Shown: piece by piece, positions 13,108 through 24,625 of the stretch | Numbering within the stretch: the stretch's first letter is position 1 | Layout of the letters: every line of letters begins with the position of its first letter | Position numbers and translations under genes: made by a program | DNA from: Octopus vulgaris | Lineage: Eukaryota | Assembly: GCA_951406725.2 (NCBI GenBank) | Contig: OX597815.1 | Coordinates: 192,634,001-192,698,000, forward strand | Direction of reading: 5' to 3' | Length of the DNA stretch: 64,000 bases | Notes under the pieces: model-generated | Databases searched by the model: none | Seen by the model: the letters and a program-made list of their open reading frames with translations, nothing else | What the model was told of the DNA's origin: nothing

Positions 13108-13200
13108 GTCCAACAGCTGTTTCTAGGGGGCTGGTGGTCCAAAATAATGACTGTAAATTGATTACATCATCAGGTAATACCAGCCTCCATCTTCAGGGGA
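13108..13200 (-). ncRNA. Type I hammerhead motif (core intact)
   Basis: Minus strand: tccc-CTGAAGA-t-GGAGGCTGGT...ACCAGCCCCC-ta-GAAA-CAGCTGT-T-ggac; palindromic stem III ACAGCTGT; stem I weak. Confidence 0.65.
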
Positions 13201-13234
13201 AAATTTTACATTTGAGTTATTGATAGAAAGGAGT

Positions 13235-13268
<34 letters not shown>

Positions 13269-13715
13269 TCATTCATACACAAATATATGTTTAAGTAGTA
13301 TTTAATCAATCTATTTTTGTTGATTTGGTTAGTTAGAGAACACTGTACCGAGTTTTTAGGCCTTTACCTTTATCAACTACATGGAAAACAAGACAGATGC
13401 AATGACATTTAACTTGCTCACAATAGCAACCACATTTCCCAGAAATCACAACTAACATCTCAGAAAAAAATGAAGGGTACACTGGATAATGTTAAAATAA
13501 AAGATGGGATAATCATGCATGGGACAACTTGATCATAAGTCTTCTTAACCAGGGTCAATTGGGGATAAACCATAAAAAAATATAAAGGAAGTTACATCTA
13601 TACAGCATGGGCTAACGTGAACTGCATAACAACCATAGGCAAGAGTGGGTAGCTGATGGTATAAACAAAACATTCTAATTTATGTCTTAACTAATGGTAT
13701 TCTAATGGTTTCTAA

Positions 13716-13946
13716 CGTGGTGAGCTGGCAGAAACATTAGCACGCCAGGCGAAATGCTTAGCGGCATTTCGTCTGCCACTATGTTCTGAGTTCAAATTCC
13801 ACCGAGGTCGACTTTGACTTTCATCCTTTCAGGATCGATAAATTAAGTACTAGTTATGCACTGAGGTTGATGTAATCGACTTAATCCGTTTGTCTGTCCT
13901 TGTTTGTCCCCTCTGTGTGTAGCCCCTTGTGGGCAGTAAAGAAATA
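13716..13946 (+). mobile_element. SINE B full-length copy with perfect 20-bp TSD
   Basis: TSD ggtattctaatggtttctaa at 13696-13715 and 13947-13966. Confidence 0.92.
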
Positions 13947-16900
13947 GGTATTCTAATGGTTTCTAAGCTCTACATTTGATGACACTAAAATTACAATACA
14001 CACACATTGAGCTGATATCACTATAATTTATAATAGATACGTTGCTTGAGTGGTTAAGGTGAGAGAATATTGAGCAATTGTTTCTGACACAAAAAGGAAA
14101 AGACAATTGTTCCAATAAAAACTGTCTCAACCATGCTTTCAAGAGTAAATGGATGTAAAAACAAAATGAAAAAAAAAAAAAATGGAAAAGTAAGAAAGAT
14201 CCTGAATGTACCAGTTCTTATCTCGATTAAAGCATGTAGTAAAAAGTGAAATAAATAGGTAATTAACGAGATCCAGCAAAAATGTAAATGGATTTCCAGC
14301 AGTGAGAGTAGCAGTGGGATCTCATGAAAGATGCATCGACTGACTGTGAAAAAGGATTCATTCTGGATCCTGGCTAGAAATTGTCCCACATGAATATAAT
14401 CAATATAGCTGAAGCACTCAAAGCTGCTTACATTATTAACTGATTGAATCTTACTTTGTTTAACGAGCTGGCATTAGTTGTGACTATAAAATTCCCACGT
14501 GGAAAGAGACCAGTCCATTATCGAGGAACGGTAATGAAATGTTGCGAAATATAACAGCTTGCCACTGTTTCATAATTAAAATGGCAGTTGGTTAGTATTC
14601 TACTGAAATGTTCAGCATAATTGGCAGTAAATTGAAACCAGTGCATAAGCATGAAATAACCGAGGCAAATTGTACTGAAACGAAGAGTAACTACAATTAA
14701 CTATCTGTTTGAAATGTCCCTTAAGTCACCGAAGTGGATTAGTCACTAAAATTTCATCATGTGTCTTTATTATTATTATTATTATTATTATGAAACAAGT
14801 CATTTTTAATCATGATAATGGAAAATAAGGAAGTATTTCGATGTCGTAAGAATCTAAGAAACACTTCAACCGAATTTCTTGTTTTTTTTTTTTTTTTTTA
14901 TTTAACAACAACAAAGCTTTTTAATTTCAATGGAAGAACTTTCAAAGATTAATCCTTCAGATCCAGATCAAAAGAGAACTTAGTAACAGCTAACAATTAA
15001 GCAAATAGCATAGTAAAAATATTTTTTCTTAAAGCCATTACGGATGAATTAAAATGATTGCCCTAAAATACATAATGTAACTTCAAAATATTATCTAAAT
15101 TTAAGAAAGTCAATCTTTCCTAGTTCTTATTTTATATCAAGTGAAAGATAAATTGTAGAAAGGAACTTGGTTCGTTAGTAAACATTCAATCAACAACTAG
15201 AGAATTCCTCATCATCATCACCACCACCACTACCACCACCATCACCATCACCATCATCATCATCATCATCATCATCATCCGCTTTTCCATGCTTGTACTG
15301 GTCTTGATTGAAATTCTAGAACGGTTTAGAAGAGAATCTCATCAAGTTGTTGTGACTATCACAGAATCTCCCCAACAAATTTACCCAGCAGTTAAAAATT
15401 TGGGGGTTATTTGACAGCTCGACACCAAATTAATTTAATGGGAATAGTGTTTGAGGGGAGGGGTGCTTTATGCAATGTCAAGGGCACAGATCACAGTCAA
15501 AAAAGAGTTTGGGCTCATTTTCTTTCAATTATAACGAAGGTTCACATTTGAAAGAGGTGGAGGCAATTAACTCTCACCTCCACCCCAAATAGTAGACTGG
15601 TATTTACCAGAAGAGTGAAAATAAATCAATCCAAGTGGGATTTGAACTCTAAACACAACAGGATATAATTAAATACTGCAAGACATGTTGTCTGGTGTCC
15701 CTATTGATTCAACTACTCCTCTCCAGACTAGGTTTTTGTTTTTCCTAATTATGATTAATAAAGTTGTTCAGTAATTAATTTCCAGAAACATAGGGGAAAA
15801 AAAAAATTAACAAAAACTATCTCTCTCCAGTAGCATCTGTACTGATAGTTAGTTAAATTAATTAACAATTACATCCATATTTGGACATTTCTCAATATTT
15901 GTTGGAGACAAACCCCTCCTGAATCAAAGGAAATCTAATAAAACCAGTTTAAAAACAGATTAAAGTGGGTTTTGTACAGTTTTTTTTTTTTTTTTTTTTT
16001 TACTAAAGTTTCATTAAAAATGTGAGCAGAAAATAACAAATAAAATATCTATTTGAAATGATGTCAAAAAGAAAGAACTCAATCATAATATCAGACTTAA
16101 TTTTCACTAACGTCAGTCTTTTTTCCTTCTATTCTAAGACATAATGAAATTAAATTTAGAAATACAAAGAAGGAAGCTTCTGTGTCGTCTCATTTGGTCA
16201 GCCAAGTTTCTCAATTATAAATAATATTTCAAACCTACAAACTTTGCCTTCATATTTGTATTCTTTATTCAATTACTTTACAACCAAAAGCTATAGAACT
16301 ACCAGAGACAGACATGCATGTAGTCACACATTCATAGAGGCAGAGAAAATGGTTAAGAAAGCTAGTGCCTGTTGTGTTTGCTTGTTTGGTTATCTAAACA
16401 ATATGTGATTTTCATGTAGTTCTACTTTTTGAATAAAGAACTGTTTAGTTTATGAATCTGTCACTTTAATAATGGATTGACTTTGGAATTATTCCATCAT
16501 CCTTCATAATGGCTAATTATGCATCAAAGAAGATGAAACTCTCATCAAGCGGAACATCCAACCATAAATCTTTATAGTCAACAAGTTTCTGTGGAATACG
16601 TGAAAAAGACATGGGGATAAAAAGACTTTCCAACATCATCCTAAGACATAGCATTATGCGGCCATATGTAAATGTTTGTAGAGAGAAATGTAACCCACAT
16701 AAAAGGAAACTGGGTAGCAGGTGAGAGACAAGGTGTGTATGTGTATGTGTATGTATGCATGGGTGTGTATGTGAGCATGTGTGTGCATGCATGTATGTAT
16801 GTGCATGTGTGTGTTCAAAAATTCACTTCATTGCATATGAAGTTTAATAAACACCTAGCCGGTGCTATATAAAAATCACCTGCACCAATGCCATTAAAAG

Positions 16901-17295
16901 GCGCTCGTACCAGTACCACATAGCAAGCAACCATGCCAACTCTATGTAAAAAGTACTCGTGATGTGCCATGTGAAAAGCACCCAGTACACTCAGTATAGC
17001 AAACTAGCAGAGAGCTTAGTACACGGGGTGAAATGCTTAGCAGTATTTCGTCTGTCTCTATGTTCTGAGTTCAAATTCTGCTGAGGTCAACTTTGCCTTC
17101 CATCCTTTCGGGCCTTGTGCCAAGAGTAGAAAAGAATATTTCCCTCCATAGCCTGGCATTCCAAAGGGCATCCAGCTATGGAAACCATGCCAGAATAGAC
17201 AATTGGAGCTTGGTGCAGCTCTCTAGCTTGTAAGCTTCTTTCAAGCCATTCAACCCATGCCAGCATAGAAAACCGATGTTAAATGATGATGATAA

Positions 17296-17333
<38 letters not shown>

Positions 17334-17765
17334 GTGAACTGAGCACTAAAACTGCTGCTACCACCACTAACATTTTAATCCACACTTGTGTGGGTCAGAC
17401 AGAATGTATTGAGGCAGATTTTCATTGGCTGGTTGTTCTTCCTGTTGCCAACCCTCACCTATTTCCATGCAAGGTACAATATTTCCCTTCATAAGGCAGC
17501 AAGCTTGCGAAAACGTTAGTACACCGAGCAAAATGCTTAGCAGTATTTCGTCTGTCTTTATGTTCTGAGTTCAAATTCTGCCAAGGTTGACTACTTTGCC
17601 TTCCATCCTTTCAGGCTGTGTCCCAAGAGCAGAAAAGAATATTTCCCTCCATAGCCACATGTGTTTACACAGAATATTCTTAACTATCATGTGATGTCAA
17701 AAACGAATGGACACAAACACACACATACAGATACATAAATACATTCATATACAATGGGTTTCTTC

Positions 17766-18742
17766 TATTGGGTTGGCAACTAAGTTCCCGCGGTTTTTTT
17801 AAATTTTGGAATTTATTGCATTTTTAAATTTTGGAATCTATTTTGTTTGTTTTTTTTTCTAGTTAATTTAATTAATTTTTGTTTATTTTCAGATCATTAA
17901 AATGAAATGTCAAGTTTAGAAAAACAAGCATTTTCAACACCTCCTTCTTTTTGCTTTTCATCAAGTTTCTAAGGCCGCAAGAGCTGCTTGCGACATTTGT
18001 GCTGTGTATGGAGAGGGTGCCATAGCTGAAAGAACCACTCATGTTTGTTATGCCAAGTTCAAAAATGGAAATTTTGACCTCAATGACGCACCTTGTTCTG
18101 GCTGTCCAGTTGAGTTCGATGAAGAGCGATTAAACCAACTTTTGCACGAAAATTCTTGTCAAATGACAAGGGAAATTGCAGAGAAAATTGAATGACCCCA
18201 CACTGCTATAGAGAAGCATTGTCACTTGATGGGAAAGGTTCAGAAGTATGGAGAATGGGTTCCACATACTTTGACAACAACAAAAATCAACGAGCCACAA
18301 TCTCTGCTGGTTTGCTTGCTCGTCACCGCTCCGCTCAACTCATGGACACAAGCAATGATTTCTTTACCGAATTGTTACTGGCGACGAAAACTGGTGCCTG
18401 TACATCAATATGAAGCAGCGTAAGGAATGGCTTAGCCCCGGTAAACAAGCGACACAGCGCGTGAAACAAGATCTTCATCCATGTAAAACGATGTTGTGCA
18501 TATGGTGGGACTGGGAAGGGATTATCCATTATGAATTGCTTGAACAAAACCAAACAGTCAATGTGGAACTCTATGTTCAACAGATGGAACGACTCAACGC
18601 AGCTATTCAAGAGAAAAGCCCTAATTGTCAGCATGGAGTTCTGCTGCATGACAACGCCCGCCCTCATATCACCAATATGACCAAGGAAGCCATTCAAACG
18701 CTTGGCTGGGAAGTGCTACCACACCTACCGTACTCTCCTGAT
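17766..18742 (+). mobile_element. Degenerate mariner (Tc1/mariner DD34D) transposon, 3'-truncated
   Basis: TA + TIR-like ttgggttggcaactaagt; frameshifted transposase from ~17902 with GEWVPH, WWDWEGIIHYELL, HDNARPH and PYSPD motifs; cut at YSPD by the next element. Confidence 0.9.
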
Positions 18743-18744
18743 TC

Positions 18745-18901
18745 ATAATAATAATAATAATAACATTGAAAAATACCTTAAAAATGAGAACCCAGGTTCG
18801 AAATTTCCCCAGACACCCGAAGAAGGCTGGAGGGTATATCAGCCGAAACGTTGTGATAACAACAAACAAGATGAGGACAAATATCCGTCGAATGTAAATA
18901 T
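18745..18901 (+). mobile_element. Short Penelope-like element (family H1) with hammerhead at 18812-18857 (U4>C)
   Basis: gacac-CCGAAGA-a-GGCTG gagggtatat CAGCC-GAAA-CGT-T-gtg; homologous to both arms of 56794-57241. Confidence 0.7.
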
Positions 18902-18905
18902 TTAA

Positions 18906-19970
18906 CCCTTTCATTACTATATTTCTGACCAAAATACACCCCTTATGTGATTCAATTAATTTCTAACATAATCATAAATTTAGTCTGGTTTCATTAAACA
19001 ACTATAACTTTTTTATTTATCAATATATTAACATGAATTTTGGAAGATAATTTAATGAAATGTTCTCAACCAATTCTATACTATAATTTTTGTCACAAAG
19101 TGACTCTAATTGCAGGTAGATACAGGTAAATTCAACAAAATATAAAATTATTAAAATTTTGTTCAAACATCGCTATAGAAAATGGGTTATTAGCTAATAT
19201 TCAATTGGGTATACAACAAAATTTTACGATAGAATTTGTTATTCTGGGTAACTTTCTGATACCCATAATAATATTTATGGCAAAATAGTCTTAATTTCAT
19301 TTAAGGTTGTGGGAAACCACTAACTATCCTTTCTTTTGTTTTGTTTACATTTAGCGTAACGGTTCGTTTGCGCCGTAATGATTTCAAATAGGCTCATTCG
19401 AAAAAGTAAAAAGAAATAATCTAAGGCTTTACTCTTCTGGGAAAGTCTGTGGCTCGGTCCAGTTTCTTCAGAAAAATCACCGAAAGAAACAGTTTTTAAA
19501 TTTTCACTCCATTCAGGTGCCAATTCATTTTCTTTATCGCTGTCGGAGCTCTCGGATTCACTGTTTTCACTTTCGGAAAATGAAACATCAGATTCATTAT
19601 CAAATACCACATGCTTTTTTTTTCAGTCATAGAGTTAGATTTATGAAGGTCTTCAGTAGAAAATCCTTCGAGTTCTGACTCGCTGCTTAATATAATGAAA
19701 TTCGTATCCATTTTTTGTCAGAATTACAAATTTTGAAAACACAATAGGAACAAATTTCGGAAAAAAATCTCCCAAAATTCACGGAATTAAAATTACACTT
19801 CGATTTTTGTACAAAACTGTAGTTGAACACTTTACGAAATATAATATGTATTTTCACGAATGTACTAAAGAGATTTGCTCTGATATTCTCATTTAAATAT
19901 GAATAGGTAAATTTGGGCGGTTTGGTCACATTAACCAAAATTTTTTTCGGGCGGTTTGGTAACGAAAGGG
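18906..19970 (-). mobile_element. Internally deleted piggyBac transposon
   Basis: TTAA TSDs (18902-18905, 19971-19974); TIRs ccctttcattac / gtaacgaaaggg; subterminal gggcggtttggt x2; minus-strand ORF pieces (19320-19711) with acidic N-terminus and ALDYFFLLF...IITAQTNRYA, typical of piggyBac transposase N-termini. Confidence 0.88.
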
Positions 19971-20465
19971 TTAAGAGATAAGGAATTCTCTTTTTCTTAT
20001 TATTCTTTAAATAATATAGAACTGGAATATATTGGATGTTATCCTGGATAGCTTTTAAAATACAGGATGGTCATGTTTGGTAGGCTTTTGATCATAGTCC
20101 TGCTTGATCAGGATTGAACTGGGACTAAACACTCACAGCGAATGTTGTTGGTTTCTAACATTTTACTAATGCAGTGTGCAGTATTGCTTAGATAGAACCA
20201 TATAATTCACAATAGGCAACATTACGTAGATAAAAATATGTATCACAAGGAAGAGAGGTTCACTGATATGTTTGCTTCCAAATTCAAGAAAAGCAATGGT
20301 AAAAGACATTCTTGTGTGTCTTCCCTGCAGATATTTCCCAATCCTGAAATAAATAAGGAAATAAAGCTAATCTCCCTATTGATAGGTAACCCTCAGGAGA
20401 AAGAATTCAGCAACTGGCTTTCTTTATTGTGCAACATGTAGAATATTATAGATACCATACAAGTG

Positions 20466-20532
<67 letters not shown>

Positions 20533-20644
20533 CAAGCAGGCACATATATATATATATATATATAATAATAAATATTAGGGAATAAATCCAAACTTACAGG
20601 GAAAAATCAGATTTAGGATTGAATCCAATTTTATATATATATAT

Positions 20645-20858
20645 ATACATAGTTGATCCAAACATGAAAACACAAAGAGAAAACACAACAACGCGAGGAC
20701 GTGGAACAAGTATAGTGTTATTGAACGCTCAGGAAAGGAAAGAAAGAAGGATGATTTAACGCTTCGAGTGGAGCTCTTCGTCAGAAACATAGGAAAAGGA
20801 AAGATCCAAGGAAGGGAAGATGTAGGAAAAAAATCGCGAACGGTACACATGAGGTCTG
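20645..20858 (-). mobile_element. Family H2 element with hammerhead at 20754-20788
   Basis: Minus strand: gttt-CTGACGA-a-GAGC tcc ACTC-GAAG-CGT-T-aaat; starts at (TA)n. Confidence 0.7.
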
Positions 20859-22067
20859 GACATGGGCAATCGTTGTATTCTTTCTTGTCTCGAGGTTCAC
20901 AGCCAAACAGCTGGGTGGATTCGCATGAAAAATAACACACAAGTGGAGACAGGTGCATAGATTGGAATGCAGTTCGTATTTTTTCCTAGCCCCCCATAGT
21001 TACTGAGAAAATAAGTTAAAACTTTTTCTAATGGAATTCCCTTCTTTCTTCTGCCATTATATATGCATTTATATATACATATATATAGATGCATAGACAC
21101 ATACATATATGCTTAAATGTTCAAATGGAATGGGGAAAAGTATTGATAACATATAGTATATTTATTTATTCAGAGCTAAGGCTTCCCTTTCTCATTTCAC
21201 TTAATTTCAAGGTTCTGTTTTACACCATAGAAAAGAAGCAAAACTAAGGAACTCAAGATAAGCTCAGCTTTCCATAAGTTTAAACATGTATGTGTGTGTG
21301 TAGTACGTATAAGCATCCACAATCAACAAATATGTCAACATGTTCTTTTACAAGCAACACTTGTGCTGTGAATGGTGGTCAGAAGGCTGCTAGCAGACAA
21401 ACCAATCCAACCCATGTTGGAACAGAAATATAAACTTGTTGCTGCTGCTGCTGTTGCTGTTGGTACTAATGATGATGATGATGATAATGATGATGTTGGT
21501 GATCACTATAAGGAGGAGAAAGGGAATATGCAAAACTTCATATCAATTTATTGGCACTAACTTCTGTTTTGCCCTCCTTTTATATAAAATGAAAGGCTAG
21601 TCAAGTTTAATTTCATTCCTCAAATATTAAGTGCTCCTTCTTTTGTTTTGTGACAATCGTTTCCTCTCTTACTCTGTACATATATATACATCACATATCT
21701 ATACATATATATATTTATATATATACACACATATATATATGTATATGTACATATATATACATCATATATATATACATATATATGTTTATATATAATATAT
21801 ATATATTATGTATATAAATTAATATGTAATATTATATATATACATATTATATATATACATGTTTATAAATAGTATTATATAAGTATGCATGTATGTATGT
21901 ATGTATGTATGTATGTATGTATGTATGTATCATAAAACCCTGAATAACAGTTTTGTGAAAATTTTGTGGCCTTAATAAAAGCATATTACTCTACCTTAAG
22001 TATTCAAGTACTATTTGTTTCCACCTTGTTTTGCATTTATGTGCTTAATGAATATATGTATGTATAT

Positions 22068-23510
22068 ATCATCATCATCATCATCATCGTTTAGCGTCCG
22101 CTTTCCATGCTAGCATGGGTTGGACGGGTCAACTGGGGTCTGTGAAGCTGGAAGGCTTCGTCAGGCCCAGTCAGATCTGGCAGTGTTTCTACGGCTGGAT
22201 GCCCTTCCTAACGCCAACCACTCCGCGAGTGTAGTGGGTGTTTTTTACGTGCCACCTGCACAGGTGCCAGACAGAGCTGGCGAACGGCCACGAACGGATG
22301 GTGCTTTTACGTGTCACCGGCACGGGGCCAGGCGATGCTGGCAATGGACACGAACGGATGGTGCTTTTACGTGCCACCGACACGGGGCCAGACAGAGCTG
22401 GCAACCGGCCACGAATGGACGGTGCTTTTACGTGTCACCGGCACGGGGGCCAGCCGAGGCTGGCAACGGACGCGAACGGATGGTGCTTTTACGTGCCACC
22501 GACACGGTTACCAGACAGAGCTGGCAAACGGCCACGAGCGGACGGTGCTTTTACGTGTCACCGGCACGGGGCCAGGCGATGCTGGTAACGGACACGAACG
22601 GATGGTGCTTTTACGTACCACTGACACGGGGCCAGACAGAGCTGGCAAACGGCCACGAACGGATGGTGCTTTTACGTGCCACCGACACGGGGCCAGACAG
22701 AGCTGGCAAACGGCCACGAACGGACGGTGCTTTTACGTGCCGGTGACACGTAAAAGCACCGTCCGCTCGTGGCCGGTGCTTTTACGTGTCACCGGCACGG
22801 GGCCAGGCGAGGCTGGTAACGGACACGAACAGATGGTGCTTTTACGTACCACTGACACGGGGCCAGACAGAGCTGGCAAACGGCCACGAACGGATGGTGC
22901 TTTTACGTGCCACCGACACGGGGCCAGACAGAGCTGGCAAACGGCCACGAACGGACGGTGCTTTTACGTGTCATCGGCACGGGGCCAGGCGAGGCTGGCA
23001 ACGAACACGAACGGATGGTGCTTTTACGTGCCACCGACACGGGGCCAGGCAGAGCTGGCAAACGGCCACGAGCGAATGGTGCTTTTACGTATCACCGGCA
23101 CGGGTGCCAGACGAGGCTGACAGCGGACACGAACGGATGGGTCACTTAACCCCTGCTTTCTGATATATGATTTGATTTTGATTGTTCTCACTGGTCTTGC
23201 CGGGTATTCTCACGCACAGCATACTTCCATAGGTCTCGGTCTCTGGTCATTTCCTTGGTGAGACCTAGAGTTCGAAGGTCGTGCTTCACCACCTCAACCC
23301 AGGTTTTCCTGGGTCTACCTCTTCCACAGGTCCCCTCAACTGCCAGGGTGTGGCACTTTTTCACACACCTATCTTCATCCATTCTCACCACATGACCATA
23401 CCAGCGCAATCGTCTCTTGCACACAACATCTGATTCCTCTTAGGTCCAACTTTTCTCTCAAGGTACTTACACTCTGTCGACTATGAACACTGACATTACA
23501 CTGACATTAC

Positions 23511-23512
<2 letters not shown>
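22068..23512 (-). mobile_element. 5'-truncated RTE-clade LINE: ORF C-terminus (23188-~23500), 3' UTR with ~60-bp minisatellite, (ATG)n tail
   Basis: RRLRWYGHVVRMDEDRCVKK...GRGRPRKTW is the typical RTE ORF C-terminus; contiguous UTR and trinucleotide tail. Confidence 0.9.
22237..23140. repeat. GC-rich ~60/61-bp tandem array (~15 units, alternating A/B types) within the RTE 3' UTR
   Basis: Unit starts ggtg(c/t)tttt at 22237, 22300, 22360, 22421, 22482, 22544, 22604, 22665, 22726 (disrupted), 22775, 22835, 22896, 22957, 23017, 23078. Confidence 0.95.
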
Positions 23513-23548
<36 letters not shown>

Positions 23549-23934
23549 CTACAGAGAGAGAGAGAGAGAGTGAGAGAGAGAAGGAAAGAGAGAGAGAGAG
23601 AGAAAGAGAGAGTGGCATAGACCTAGTTTTCTAAGTGATCTCATATTTAGATGGCAAGTGACCCCAAAAGGTTGTTTTTTTTTGTGACAAATCCTTCTAA
23701 ATTCTACAAGGGGGCCGATATTTCCCCCTACAGCTTTCGGGGTCGATAAATTAAGTACCAGTTATGCACTGGGGTCAATGTAATTGGCTTAATCTCTTTG
23801 TCTGTTCTTGTTTGTCCACTCTATGTTTAGCTCCTTGTGGGTAGTAAAGAAATAGGTAACTCCATGCAAATCTTGCATCCTGATAACTATGGGGGTCATA
23901 GCGCTTATTGAACCAGACCAATACAGTTTTGAAG

Positions 23935-24258
23935 TGATGATGGCAATCCCTCAAGGTCGAGGATGATGGTCTTCGCGCAAATTTGCTGGTGAGTCCGTAG
24001 GTGACCGATAAGACCAATTCTTGCTTGAAAAGATCGGTCGCAGTGCGGACATCTAGTGCCGGAAGGGAGAGTCGCACGTGGTTGTTGTTGGCGCTCCTTC
24101 CGTCGTCGTCTTTTCTCCTCCAGCTCTGCAGACCTTTTCGACTTGAAAGTCACCGTTCCCTCATGGATGGTGGTTTTCCAGAGTGGTCTGTTTTTTGAAG
24201 TAAGAGACAGTGGGATTGGTTCTGCACAAGACATGCCTACCATAGTCATATTTATCAA
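23935..24258 (-). mobile_element. 3' fragment of a second RTE/BovB-like LINE with C-terminal zinc finger
   Basis: NRPLWKTTIHEG...CPHCDRSFQARIGLIGHLRTH is characteristic of RTE-clade ORF ends; short catca-type tail. Confidence 0.8.
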
Positions 24259-24592
24259 ACAGGTTGTTCAGGAAAGCAAAGCACCAGAGCCAACACTATT
24301 GCACAGTCTTCATAAGACCATTTGGTGATAGGGAAAGAGGTGATGCGGACTGGTAGAGAATGCTACTGGAGGTCTTCAGTTTTGTTGCAGTAAACAGGTG
24401 CCTCTAAGGTGATGGTCGTTTCCCCACACACCTCAAGGAGCTCTGTGCAGTTGCGCTTGCTGAACCTTCATTCTTTCAAGTGACGCAAGTTCACCACTCC
24501 GTATTTCATCAAGAGGACCTAAAAGCTATTAAATAAATTAATTAATTATATACAGAGATACCCCAAAATACACACACACACACATACACACT

Positions 24593-24625
<33 letters not shown>

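Noticed and set aside
16517-16590. Possible small minus-strand terminal exon (KLVDYKDLWLDVPLDESFIFFDA*) after a pyrimidine-rich acceptor
   Set aside because: Too short and without recognisable homology; compatible with chance
22237-23140. CRISPR-like appearance (constant dyad-containing core recurring every ~60 bp)
   Set aside because: The intervening segments are two recurring types rather than unique spacers, there are no cas genes, the context is eukaryotic, and the array is embedded in an RTE LINE 3' UTR
22120-23163. Long GC-rich ORFs (208, 269 aa etc.) and similar ORFs at 34085-34721
   Set aside because: Open frames are a by-product of a stop-poor tandem repeat on the antisense strand of a LINE UTR
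23905-24258. C2H2 finger suggesting a second host zinc-finger gene
   Set aside because: The motif and its upstream context match the C-terminus of an RTE-clade LINE ORF
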